Of a stretch of DNA of 64,000 nt, positions 48,343 through 58,100 are shown piece by piece. This DNA is from Halorarum halobium (GTDB lineage Archaea; Halobacteriota; Halobacteria; Halobacteriales; Haloferacaceae). The notes below the pieces were generated by a model. That model ran no database searches. It was not told the origin of the DNA and was given only the letters and a program-made list of their open reading frames with translations. The stretch is taken from assembly GCF_032116555.1 (NCBI RefSeq), contig NZ_CP134949.1:682001-746000 (forward strand), read 5' to 3'. Position 1 is the first letter of the stretch. The number at the start of each line of letters is the position of its first letter. The position numbers and the translations under genes were made by a program.

Positions 48343-49761
48343 ATGTTTCGCAACCACGAGGGCGGGCGTGAGGCAAGCCACCATCACGGCGAACTCTACA
48401 AGGATCTTGTCCGCAGGTACTGGGAGGCCCGTGAATACAATGTTGTCGCGGACTCGAAGGACGACAGCATCACGTCCGACCTGATTATCAGGCGGGCTCA
48501 TGAACACGGGAACCAAGATCTGTGGATCGAGACGAAGGACACGAAGCTGACTCGGACCAATCCGGATTTCCTGGCCGAGTTTGCCCGGTACATGATCGAG
48601 TATCAGGAAATTTCTGCGGAACACCGGTTCGACCTGCATATTTTCGTCCGGTATCTCCGGGCTCCGGAGAAGTGGGAGCGGATTTTCAAGGTGGTCAAGC
48701 AGAAGGATGAGGCTGTAAAGGACTTCTATCAGCGGGTCCAGGATGATGCGGATCTGGACGAGGCTGAGGAAGACAAGTTCAACAGCTACCCTTACGAGGA
48801 TTTTGACCACTTCGTTACAGAGGTCACAACTGTCCATCAGATGTCGCCTGCGAAGGTCCAGCAGGCTACGGAGGAGTTGGAACGCAGTGACCGGTACGAG
48901 CACGACACCTTCACCGAGGAAAGGGAACCGATCAACAAGCGAGAGGAGCTGAGACCGAACTTCGCGGAGATAAACAGTCCGCCAGAGAACATCTATATCG
49001 GGGACGTGGACGTTCCGAACTTCTTCCAGGGAGTTACGAACCTGATTGAGGATACGGAGGCAGTCCGGTTCCGGTCGAACAAGGTATTCAGCTTGCTGCC
49101 TCCCGAGGATTTCCCGGATTACGTGGAGTCGGTCGTGGAGATGGATACGGTTTCAGCTGAGTCTTTCGAGGACTGGGCTAAGGACGAAGAGAACACAGAT
49201 CTGGCTTCGTCCTTGCTGACTCGGGAGATCTGCAGGCAGACCGTGGAGAACCACGAGTTGGACGACTGTGTGGCGTTCCGGTACCGTGGCGACTACTACC
49301 TGATGTTCGAGCACGGACCTCTAGAGAAAGAGGTCGAGAAAGTTCGGGGTCAGCAGGTTTCCCGGGTTTTCAGTGATGCCTCTTCCAGGTTTGTTCGTCA
49401 CCGGACTGCCCAGCTGAACGTCCGGCGTTTGAACGACGACTACTTCCTCTTCGTATTGATCAAGGACCACTTTACGGACAACGGAGAGCACATGACCTTG
49501 ATCAGAGGTGAGAGAAAGGGAAGTCTCCACGATAATTTCCCGCAGCACCGGTACAACAACAGTCAGACGTACAGCAGGTATAACCACTGGCGGAAGATCC
49601 TGGGAATCCACAACCGGGCGAAGGATACCAGTGGTCAGATAATCGGGTTCCGACGTATCACTGAGATCTCGATCGGGAAGCGTCCCGCCGGGACACGGGA
49701 GGCAATCGATACTCGGGACACTGATTCGGTTCAGCAGAAACTGGGTGATCACAATGACTGA
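48343..49761 (+). CDS. PD-(D/E)XK nuclease-APAZ fusion (short pAgo partner)
   Basis: N-terminal SDLII...WIETK; EELRPNFAEI..PPENIY and YNN...NHWRKIL APAZ-like segments; 8-nt overlap with pAgo. Confidence 0.7.
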   Translation: MFRNHEGGREASHHHGELYKDLVRRYWEAREYNVVADSKDDSITSDLIIRRAHEHGNQDLWIETKDTKLTRTNPDFLAEFARYMIEYQEISAEHRFDLHIFVRYLRAPEKWERIFKVVKQKDEAVKDFYQRVQDDADLDEAEEDKFNSYPYEDFDHFVTEVTTVHQMSPAKVQQATEELERSDRYEHDTFTEEREPINKREELRPNFAEINSPPENIYIGDVDVPNFFQGVTNLIEDTEAVRFRSNKVFSLLPPEDFPDYVESVVEMDTVSAESFEDWAKDEENTDLASSLLTREICRQTVENHELDDCVAFRYRGDYYLMFEHGPLEKEVEKVRGQQVSRVFSDASSRFVRHRTAQLNVRRLNDDYFLFVLIKDHFTDNGEHMTLIRGERKGSLHDNFPQHRYNNSQTYSRYNHWRKILGIHNRAKDTSGQIIGFRRITEISIGKRPAGTREAIDTRDTDSVQQKLGDHND

Positions 49762-51175
49762 TTTCGATGCACGGTGGCTGGGCGAGCCGTCTCTGAAGTT
49801 CGGAGATGGTGAAGCGAAGGATCCTCGCGCCGGCCTGCTGAAACACGGGCCGTGGTCGCCTGGGGAAGGCAACAACCACAACGATATCTATGTCGGGTTC
49901 ATCGGGACCAGTCACTCCATCAGCGCGGTCAAGCGGTTGTTCACTGAGATGGAGACGGTGATCCCCCGGGAGGAGGAAGAACCTCAAAGGCACAAGCCTC
50001 CGTTCCCGGCCCTGGGCACCGACTCTGCCTTCCGTGCCAGCTTCACGATGCTGGACAGGTGGACGTGGGAGATGCCGCCGAGCGACGTCAAACTCGTTAC
50101 TGACGAGCCCACGACTGACCAGAGCGTAGAGACTCTGCTTGACTTAATGGAGATCTATATCAAGGATCTTTCCGGGGATGACCCGCCTCCGAACGTACTT
50201 GTTATTTCGCTGCCGGAGGAGATCGAGGAAGCCTGTACTCACCCGGACAAGAGCAAGGAGAAGATGAAAGCGGGGGACACTGACTTCCACGACCGGATTA
50301 AGACGTTCGGCCTCGAGTATGACGTCCCCACCCAGCTGATTCGACCGAGTTCTCTCCGGTTCGATGACGATGAGGGACAGGAGAAGGCCGAGGTTGCCTG
50401 GAATCTCGCCGTGGCGATGCTCTACAAGTCACGTGAGGGCCATCCCTGGAAGCTGGGGCACCTGGAGAACGACACCTGCTACGCCGGGATCTCATTCTAC
50501 CGTGTGCGGCACGGCGATAAGAGCCAGACACGGGCTTCACTCGCCCAGGTTTTCCTGGGCACCGGGGAGAGCTTCGTGCTTCGCGGCGGCCAAGCAATTA
50601 GAGACGAGTCAACAGGAAACAACCACTTGACCGAGGACAGTGCGGAGGAGATTGTCGGGCAGATCCTTGACCAGTACAAGAGGAAGCGTCGAGGAGCCGA
50701 GCCCAGCAGGTTCGTGCTTCACAAGACTTCCCGGTTCAAGCCCGGTGAACGAGAAGGGTTCAAACGAGGGGCTGGAGACATCGACAAACTGGACTTCGTC
50801 ACGGTGCGCGACGGCGACCCAGTCAGGCTGTACAGTTCAGGGAATTACCCGCCGCTTCGTGGGACAGTAGTCACTCCGAAAGGCGAGGACAAACACTACC
50901 TCTACACACAGGGCTACACTCCGGCCATTCAGACGTATCCAGGTCCTCGCATCCCGGCCCCGATCACCGTTGAGCCAGATCCGGAGGAATGCCACAGCTC
51001 GTACGACGAGATATGTGAGGAGATTCTCTCGTTCACGAAGCTGGACTGGAACACGTCCGACTTTTCGAAAAAGAAGCCGGTCACGATCCGTGTGGCGCAG
51101 GCTGTCGGCGCGATCCTTGCAGAGGCCGACAAACGGGGAATCACGGTCAAACCGCAGTACTACTATTATATGTAA
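49754..51175 (+). CDS. short prokaryotic Argonaute (MID-PIWI, catalytically inactive)
   Basis: EPSLKFG, FHDRIK...PTQLI, WNLAVAMLYK...PWKL, CYAGISFY, VLHK, PLRGT, TYPG, TKLDWN...PVT; no N/PAZ domains, no DEDX tetrad. Confidence 0.92.
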   Translation: MTDFDARWLGEPSLKFGDGEAKDPRAGLLKHGPWSPGEGNNHNDIYVGFIGTSHSISAVKRLFTEMETVIPREEEEPQRHKPPFPALGTDSAFRASFTMLDRWTWEMPPSDVKLVTDEPTTDQSVETLLDLMEIYIKDLSGDDPPPNVLVISLPEEIEEACTHPDKSKEKMKAGDTDFHDRIKTFGLEYDVPTQLIRPSSLRFDDDEGQEKAEVAWNLAVAMLYKSREGHPWKLGHLENDTCYAGISFYRVRHGDKSQTRASLAQVFLGTGESFVLRGGQAIRDESTGNNHLTEDSAEEIVGQILDQYKRKRRGAEPSRFVLHKTSRFKPGEREGFKRGAGDIDKLDFVTVRDGDPVRLYSSGNYPPLRGTVVTPKGEDKHYLYTQGYTPAIQTYPGPRIPAPITVEPDPEECHSSYDEICEEILSFTKLDWNTSDFSKKKPVTIRVAQAVGAILAEADKRGITVKPQYYYYM

Positions 51176-51233
51176 CGTCCCGGGCGGTTACTGTGCATGA
51201 ACCTTTACCACGTCTACCTGTCTCAGAGCAGTT

Positions 51234-51941
51234 ATGCAACTGACGCCGGATAATGTTCAGAAGTTCGTTGATGGTGTGATGGAGTATTACGGTGAGAAGA
51301 CGCTTCTTGGAGACGCCACGTATGTCGACGATTACGGTTCTGCGAATATCCCTTTGGAGAGACGCCGCGTGAGTCCTAAGCTGAAGGTGAAGCAGTTCGA
51401 TCGGGGCATCGCAGCTGAGCAGGTGAAGAGGGATGTCGACGATATCACTTCCTTCGAGCAGGACAAACTGCTGAACTGGTTGGAAGCCGAGGCGGATGTG
51501 AAGGAGCAGGTGGATGGCTCAGAGTTCTCGAAGGACTTGATGAAGAAGACGTTGAAGCCGTTGAGCAGTCCTGTCCATGTGCTTCTACCTGATGAGATGG
51601 AGTACAGGTTGCGAGTGAACAACGATTCGTATATCCGAGGGAATGATAAGATCCCGATTACCTGGTTCACGTCAAGCCAGTTCGACCAGACCGGGTTCGT
51701 GTTGGATCGTGGTGCCCGGGTCCTGCAGAAAAGGCAGGGTGACGACCCAATCGTCGACAGTTCGCTGAATGTAGGTGCACTGCCGAAGGACAACAGCGGA
51801 AACGGATTGACCCTCAAGCTGCTGGACGACAAGAAAGGTGACCTGGAGGCAGTGATCCAGTCTGAGTTCACCGAGCTTCGGAAATCCGACCGGTACGATT
51901 CGGTGTGTCTCTTGGATCTTCCTTCGCTCAGTCTCCCGTAA
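51234..51941 (+). CDS. hypothetical protein downstream of pAgo
   Basis: 235-aa ORF 58 nt after the pAgo stop. Confidence 0.7.
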   Translation: MQLTPDNVQKFVDGVMEYYGEKTLLGDATYVDDYGSANIPLERRRVSPKLKVKQFDRGIAAEQVKRDVDDITSFEQDKLLNWLEAEADVKEQVDGSEFSKDLMKKTLKPLSSPVHVLLPDEMEYRLRVNNDSYIRGNDKIPITWFTSSQFDQTGFVLDRGARVLQKRQGDDPIVDSSLNVGALPKDNSGNGLTLKLLDDKKGDLEAVIQSEFTELRKSDRYDSVCLLDLPSLSLP

Positions 51942-51957
51942 CCGGGAAGCACTGAGG

Positions 51958-52890
51958 CTAGAAGTCAGTGAGGCCGATCTGCTCCGTTTCTTCGCCGTCC
52001 TCGTCTTCCTGTTCGTCTTCTTCGAGTCCGTATTCTTTTTTGACTCGTTCCGGCATCTGCAGGACCCCAGAGTCAGGGCTGTGCTCGTTCCTGTAGACTC
52101 CGGCTTTCTGAAGTTCTTCGAATAGGCTGTGAGCGTCGATGTCCCACGTGTTCTCGAGATGGGTGACGTCGCTGGTCGTGGCCCAGGAGATCGTTCTCAA
52201 GTTGGTGTATTCGTCGATCAAGAGTTCAGCAAGAGATGAATCGACGCCGTCGACCTCGGAAAGCCGTTCGATGAAGTGGTCCTCGGCCAGGTCGTCTACG
52301 TGGAAGGTGTCGTAGACCTCTTCGCTGCCCCGGTCCAGTACGTGGATCTCGTTCAGGATCTTCGTCCCGGTTATCTCGTTGGTGCCGCGTAGCTCGGCGG
52401 TCAATTGGTATTTCTCCAGAGCGGCTTCTGGTGTGAGTTCGAGGAAGTCGGGTCGGTAGTCGACGTAGATGTCGTTCGAGTCCTCGGTTTTTGATTCGAG
52501 TATGTCCGCTGCGGTGGAGAACGGTGCCCGGAACGGAAGCACGTAGTCGCCGTCGTCGAGTAGGATGGAGCCGCCGAGTGCGTCATTCAGTCCTGGGTCG
52601 AACTCCGGGTCGGGCAGTGAGCGGTAGCCGTGGTTCTCCAGATTATCGATGACGTCTTCCCAGGGCTGCTGGTAAACGTAGTCTTGAAGCCGTGCTTTGG
52701 GGTCGCCGTGGTCCAGTCTCCAGGCATCGTCTTGCTGGAGCTGGCCTTCCTGGTCGGGGCTGGCGAGTATGACTTCTGCGTGTTCGGGTGTGTATCGGTA
52801 GAAGTGTAGGTAGCCTTGTTCTGCGTCTTTTCCAAGGAACTGGTACTCTGCGTCGTGGAACTCGACTGTTTCCGGAGCGCCAGTGTCGAT
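51958..52890 (-). CDS. 310-aa protein with helix-hairpin-helix motif (putative ATC start)
   Basis: LSEVDGVDSSLAELL HhH; 116 acidic codons open upstream of the track's GTG; AGGGTGG + 7 nt + ATC; TTTAAAAA box upstream. Confidence 0.65.
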   Translation of the reverse strand: MDTGAPETVEFHDAEYQFLGKDAEQGYLHFYRYTPEHAEVILASPDQEGQLQQDDAWRLDHGDPKARLQDYVYQQPWEDVIDNLENHGYRSLPDPEFDPGLNDALGGSILLDDGDYVLPFRAPFSTAADILESKTEDSNDIYVDYRPDFLELTPEAALEKYQLTAELRGTNEITGTKILNEIHVLDRGSEEVYDTFHVDDLAEDHFIERLSEVDGVDSSLAELLIDEYTNLRTISWATTSDVTHLENTWDIDAHSLFEELQKAGVYRNEHSPDSGVLQMPERVKKEYGLEEDEQEDEDGEETEQIGLTDF

Positions 52891-52956
52891 TTGATGTCCA
52901 CCCTGAAGCAGTATGCGGGTTTACTTTTTAAATCAGTTTGAGAAATTGATGTCTAA

Positions 52957-53238
52957 GTGGTATTATCGGTGGTACACAACGCTGAAGGCGACGATCTCGT
53001 ACAATATCTTGAAAATCGGCTAAAGAAGCTTCTTGGAGAGAGGCCAGACGGCTCTCGTCTGAAGACAGACGATTACAGCAAGCTCTGGTTTCTACCGGTC
53101 TACCATCTGAATACCAAGAAACATCGAGAAAACGGATGGTGGACTAGTAACAGCATCTCTGTTTCGACATACAGGACTGCTCGTGAACTGGAGAAGATGA
53201 TTGATCGCCTGACGGAAGGATTTCGCAACGAGGGATAA
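52957..53238 (+). CDS. hypothetical protein
   Basis: 93-aa ORF. Confidence 0.5.
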   Translation: MVLSVVHNAEGDDLVQYLENRLKKLLGERPDGSRLKTDDYSKLWFLPVYHLNTKKHRENGWWTSNSISVSTYRTARELEKMIDRLTEGFRNEG

Positions 53239-53241
53239 TCG

Positions 53242-53499
53242 GTGAAAGACTACGAACTGGCGCAGAAACTCTACATCTTGCTCATCGGTCTTTCAGTCGG
53301 TGCAGGGAGATACATTCCATGGACCATAGAGATCCCGGTATCGTTCAGTGATTACGCGGAAGTCCCTATTGCCGAGTTCATAGGGCATCCCCTTGTACTG
53401 GTTTCCCTGGTGATCATGTACATAGTAATCGAGGCCAGAGAGCCTACCTTCGAGGAGAAACTGAGTGAGGTGATACAGGAATCTGACCTGAAGATTTGA
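53242..53499 (+). CDS. small membrane protein
   Basis: Two hydrophobic segments. Confidence 0.65.
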   Translation: MKDYELAQKLYILLIGLSVGAGRYIPWTIEIPVSFSDYAEVPIAEFIGHPLVLVSLVIMYIVIEAREPTFEEKLSEVIQESDLKI

Positions 53500-53697
53500 A
53501 ATAAGTGATGATACAATTCTGTGGGGGTAGGGATTCGCTTTTTAAATCACTTTCACACATTAGAAGGTAGATTGTGATGATGAGATGTGCAGCGTGAGTG
53601 TGCCCGGAGAAGGACACGTGGAGGCAGAAAACCCGTCCAAGCTTCCTCTGGAGGAAGCCGAAGAAGGCAGCTTCTACCTGTGAGGTGAGGAACTGAG

Positions 53698-54012
53698 GTG
53701 ATGACGGAGCCGGTCGACGCTGCAAGAAGTCTTCTCAGGATTACTCGTCCCTCGGTGGAGGAACTAAGACAGCAGCGGGAGTTACGGGAGTATTCGAGTT
53801 CGGAGGTAGATGTTCCAGATCCTCAGAAGGTTTTACTGGAGAACTTGGACCATCTCACTGGTTCGGAGCACGTAATAGAGGAGAATGTGGAGGACGCTAT
53901 TCAACTGGTTCTGGAGTGGCCTGAGGACCAGCTGGATGAGGTCAAGGAGCGTGTCCGGGAACTGGCGAAGCCTGTAGTCACTGGAGGTGAGGAATCTGAG
54001 GAAGGAATTTAA
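53698..54012 (+). CDS. hypothetical protein
   Basis: 104 aa, SD upstream. Confidence 0.65.
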   Translation: MMTEPVDAARSLLRITRPSVEELRQQRELREYSSSEVDVPDPQKVLLENLDHLTGSEHVIEENVEDAIQLVLEWPEDQLDEVKERVRELAKPVVTGGEESEEGI

Positions 54013-54355
54013 CGGTCAGACTTACAGTGTGTCGAACCACGCTGATTTCCGGCATACGATGCGGATTGACCCTGAAAATGGTATCTCCTACGAAGTATTG
54101 AGAGAGGCGGTCCCCTACACCTTGTCCAAGGGCTACAAGCGTGGCTTCGTGAACTTTGAGGAGGAGGTCGTGTTTCTCGTGGCCGGCGATAAGATTACTA
54201 CGACGATCCCGTTGGAGGGCTTGGAGTTTTCTGAGGACGACCCGGAGTGCCCTGAGTGTGGGACACGGATTCAGAAAACCTGTAGGAAGCCGCGGAAGTG
54301 CCGGTTCTGCAGTACGAGGATACAGACGGAGGTGGAGTATCCGAGTGCCTCCTGA
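53987..54355 (+). CDS. possible BECR/RelE-like fold + zinc ribbon (start GTG 53987 or CTG 53996)
   Basis: VSNHADFR...R motif, VFLV...ITT strands, CPECG...CRFC. Confidence 0.5.
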   Translation: MRNLRKEFNGQTYSVSNHADFRHTMRIDPENGISYEVLREAVPYTLSKGYKRGFVNFEEEVVFLVAGDKITTTIPLEGLEFSEDDPECPECGTRIQKTCRKPRKCRFCSTRIQTEVEYPSAS

Positions 54356-54518
54356 GTGTGAGGACTGCGGCAACGACCTCCAGGTGAACTCGGTAGACAA
54401 GCCAAATATTGACTGGGTTAAGGTGGTCTGCAGTGACTGCGGCCATATCACCGAGGTATCGATGATTCGTGTCGTAGCTAAGTCGAAGACCGGAGGTGAT
54501 ACTGCGAGTGGCAGGTAG
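54345..54518 (+). CDS. zinc-ribbon micro-protein
   Basis: CEDCG...CSDCGH; GGAGGTGG SD. Confidence 0.6.
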   Translation: MPPECEDCGNDLQVNSVDKPNIDWVKVVCSDCGHITEVSMIRVVAKSKTGGDTASGR

Positions 54519-54708
54519 AGAAGATCTGGATAACTTCCAGGTGTACGTGACGGTGGCTCTGTACTTCATCGCCGTGGTGACCGTTGTCCTTTCTATCGGT
54601 TACCGGGTTCCCGCAGGCGGTGTTGCTGGTTTCTCGTTGATGATCAGCTCTTACCTGTACGAACGGGTATCGATCTTCATAGAGCAAGTTGACGAGGGTG
54701 GTGCGTGA
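54508..54708 (+). CDS. small membrane protein
   Basis: Hydrophobic segments; GGAGGTGA SD. Confidence 0.6.
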   Translation: MAGREDLDNFQVYVTVALYFIAVVTVVLSIGYRVPAGGVAGFSLMISSYLYERVSIFIEQVDEGGA

Positions 54709-55085
54709 TTTCGGAGAGCTCTCCTTTCGCGGTCAACGCCGTCCAGAGAGTCGACCACTACATGGAACTGATGGACGTCGACGAGGAGGACCTGGGCCTG
54801 ATTTTGGCACCGTGGCTTCGAGAGTACGATGATATCAGGACCGGCGAGCTCCTGGACAAGGAGGACCGGTACTTCGAAATGCACGTCCACGGACGCGACG
54901 TCGACGCTCTACGAGATCCTGACGTTGACGCCAGCTACGAATTTGACGCGGTAATCGAGTTCGACTACGACGACCTGGATGTGGAGGAGTTCCTTGACGT
55001 GGAGTATCGGACGTGGATTAACGTGTTCGAGGAGGAGTTCCCGGATGCAGAGCTGTGTTATCCGGAGCCGGACGACCACTTCTGA
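54705..55085 (+). CDS. acidic hypothetical protein
   Basis: 126 aa; start GTG 54705 or ATT 54708. Confidence 0.7.
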   Translation: MISESSPFAVNAVQRVDHYMELMDVDEEDLGLILAPWLREYDDIRTGELLDKEDRYFEMHVHGRDVDALRDPDVDASYEFDAVIEFDYDDLDVEEFLDVEYRTWINVFEEEFPDAELCYPEPDDHF

Positions 55086-55103
55086 GGGAATACGTATCTT
55101 TGG

Positions 55104-58100
55104 CTATCTGTACTGGTTGATGAGTTCGCGGATGTCGTCGGAGTCTACGTAGAGACCTTGCAGACGGGTGGTTCTGTCTGCTTCTTTCAGCAGCATGTCG
55201 CCGTCGCCACCGAGTTCCTCGGCTCCGCCCTCGTCGATCAGGATCCGTGAGTCGGACTGCTTCGGGAGGCGGAAGGCTACCCGGGTGTCCAGGTTGGCAC
55301 GGAGATCCGTGTCGATGGCCTCGTGCGAAGGCCGCTGGGTCGAGATAACGAGGTGGACGCCTTGCGCCCGTGCGATCTGGGCGATACGCCGCACGTTGTC
55401 CTCGGTGTCGTCAGCGTCTTCTCCCAGCTGCTGGAGCAGGTCGCTGTATTCGTCGATGATGACGACGATTGGCTTCATCTGGTCGTCCGGGTTCTGCTCG
55501 TTGTACTCTCCGATGTCCCGGCAGACGCTTTCCCGCAGCAATTGTTTTCTACGCGGGATTTCTTCGTCGACCAGCCACTCGAACAGGTCGGCTGCGTCCT
55601 CCGAGTCGGTGATCACCTCACCATTGGCAAGGTTCGGCAGGGCGTCGAAGAAGATGAAGTCGGTCTCCTTCGGATCGACCAGGGCGAACTCGACGTTGTC
55701 CTCGCCTTTCTGCTCGATGAAGTTGAAGATCAGCGAGTACAGGAAGACGGTTTTCCCGCCGCCAGTGGCACCTCCGACCAGCATGTGAGGGGCTTCGGAA
55801 AGATCGGACCGGTAAACCTCCCCGTCGGGTGTGACTCCTGCGAGGTAGGGCAGTGAGGCAGTGTCGATCTCGTTGGAAGGCAGGTACTGGTCTCTGTAGT
55901 CGCGGAGGGGTACGGCGACGTTGTTCTCACGTGGGACGTCCAGGGCTACGTACTCTGTGCCTGGTAGTCGCTGGACGATGGGTTCTTTCTCGAACGCCAT
56001 TTCCCGGGCGATGTCCTCTGTTCGTTGTTCCAGAGGACTCTGTTTTTCGCCAGCTGCTAACCGGATTTTGAACCGGACGACGTTTGGTCCGACCTCGATG
56101 TCATCTGGGTCGATATCCCGGATGTTGATTTTGAAGTCGTTGAGCACCCGTTTCAGGGTCTCGACTAGCTCTGAGTACTCTTCTGGGTCGCCGAACCGCT
56201 TAGTGGGCTTCGCTTCGACTTCCGTTTCTTCCTCGTCTTCTTCGTCTGTCTCCTCGTCTTCTCCAACTTCGTCTTCGGATTCGTCGGGTTCAGTTTCTTC
56301 CTCTATTTCTTCTTCGACGTCTTCTTCGACGTCTGGCTCTTCCGTGTCCTGGTCTTGTTGCTTCTCCTCCCGGTCTTCGATTCCGCTGACGATGAGGCGT
56401 TTGATGGACTGCCGTGGAAGCCTGTCGAGTCGGATGGACTGTGCGTTCGGCGTGACTCCGTCGATGCGTTCGTCCGATGTCCCTTCATCGGTGACTTCAA
56501 CGGAGATGATTCGGGGATTGATCTCGATCTGAGCGTCTCCCTTGAACACGTCGTTGATGCGGTCAGCCCATTCCTGCTTGCCCTCCATCGCTTCAGCGGA
56601 CGTGAGTTCGTAGTACAGCTGTTCCCGGAGTGCTTCTTTCCGGGGCGAAGTAGTGATGTTGCTGTCGCCGGTGAACAAGCCGCGGATGGTGTCCGTCGTT
56701 TCGAATACCTGGTCGACGGCACTTCCCTTGATTACCGGTGTGTCCTCGTCTCGTGAGATTGTGTACGCGCTGCTGGTCTCCTCGAGTGTTTTTATCTCGA
56801 TTATATCGAGGATGAGGCCGCCATCGTCATCGAATTGGACGGTAAGGATGTCTGCCCGGCTCTCGCTGTCGCCCAGGTTCAACCATTCTCTGGTCCGCGG
56901 GTTGTCGATGGAGAAGATTAGCTTGGGATCTGCCAGTGTCTGTTGCAACCACTGGACTGCGATGATCGAGCCAAGCAGCCCTTTCGTGTTACGGGATTTT
57001 CCGCTGCCGAGGGTTTCCCGCGTGATGAGCCGGAGAAGTCCGCTTTGCTGCAGATCTGCGATTCTTTCAGCGATTTCTTCGAGGTCGGTGTCGTCGGGAG
57101 CGAGCCGGTATTCGTTGATGATGCGGCGGAGTACCCGTCGGAAGTAGTCGATGTCTTCCGAGTACGTGGCGAAGTCACGGTCACCGCGTCGTTCCCTGGA
57201 GATCAGGTTTTCCTTCCAGAACGGGTTGCCGTTCATCGGCGGGGAGGAGATCGATACCCAGATCCCGGAGTCGAGAAGTTTGTCGATGGTCTCCTTGTCG
57301 ACGTTCAGTTCGTTGATCTCAGCGTTGTGGATAGCTTGACGCTGATTGTATAGTTGGTTGATCAGGTCCTGGTACTCTGAGAAGAGCACGCCTTCCTTCG
57401 ACGGCGAGATGTTGATCTTGTCTTCGAGGAGGTCGTAGTCGAACTCCTTCGGGACGTACAGTGGATGGATGTTGGTGTCGGCGTCTCGTTCGAAGGTTTG
57501 GATGCTGAAGTTGCTCTGGTCGTTGAGCAGGATGAAGTGCTTGGGGTCGCCGGTCAGGTCCTCGGCGTACGAGTCGTAGCTGGTGTGTTCGGTCGTGACG
57601 ATTTCGAAGTTCCCGGAGTCGTTGTCCGGGCCGAACAGGTTGATGATGTCCTCTGAGGTTTGGGGTGAGACAGTTCCGTTGAGGACTGGCTTCTCCTCGT
57701 CCTCGATGAACACGAACTCGACAGTGGCACCTTGGATCTTCTCTTTGTCGGCCAGGTCAACGATGTCTTCCAGCAGGTCGATCGGGTCAAGCGGGTCGAT
57801 AACGCTGATCCGCAGCTGGCGTTGGGATGGCGGGTATGCCGATACGAACTTGTTCAGGACGTAGTCGTAGAACTTGGAGTTCGTGCCTTCTGCAGCGTTG
57901 TCTATACGGGTGTAGACTGGCAGCCGGTCGAGTTCGGCGGACTGTACGAGGTAGGTTTCTTCGCCAAGTCGGTAGTTTCCGCCGACGTGGATGCTACGGA
58001 GTACGTGGGGTTGTTCCTCGACGCTGTCGATCAGGAAGTTCCGTTCCTCTTCTGTGAGCGACTCGTGTTCGTCGTTCACTCCCCGTGCCAGTTCGGAGTA

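Noticed and set aside
55104..56200. Housekeeping FtsK or conjugative coupling protein
   Set aside because: The FtsK domain is the C-terminus of a 1535-aa protein with no TM segments, in an F-G-H-like operon.
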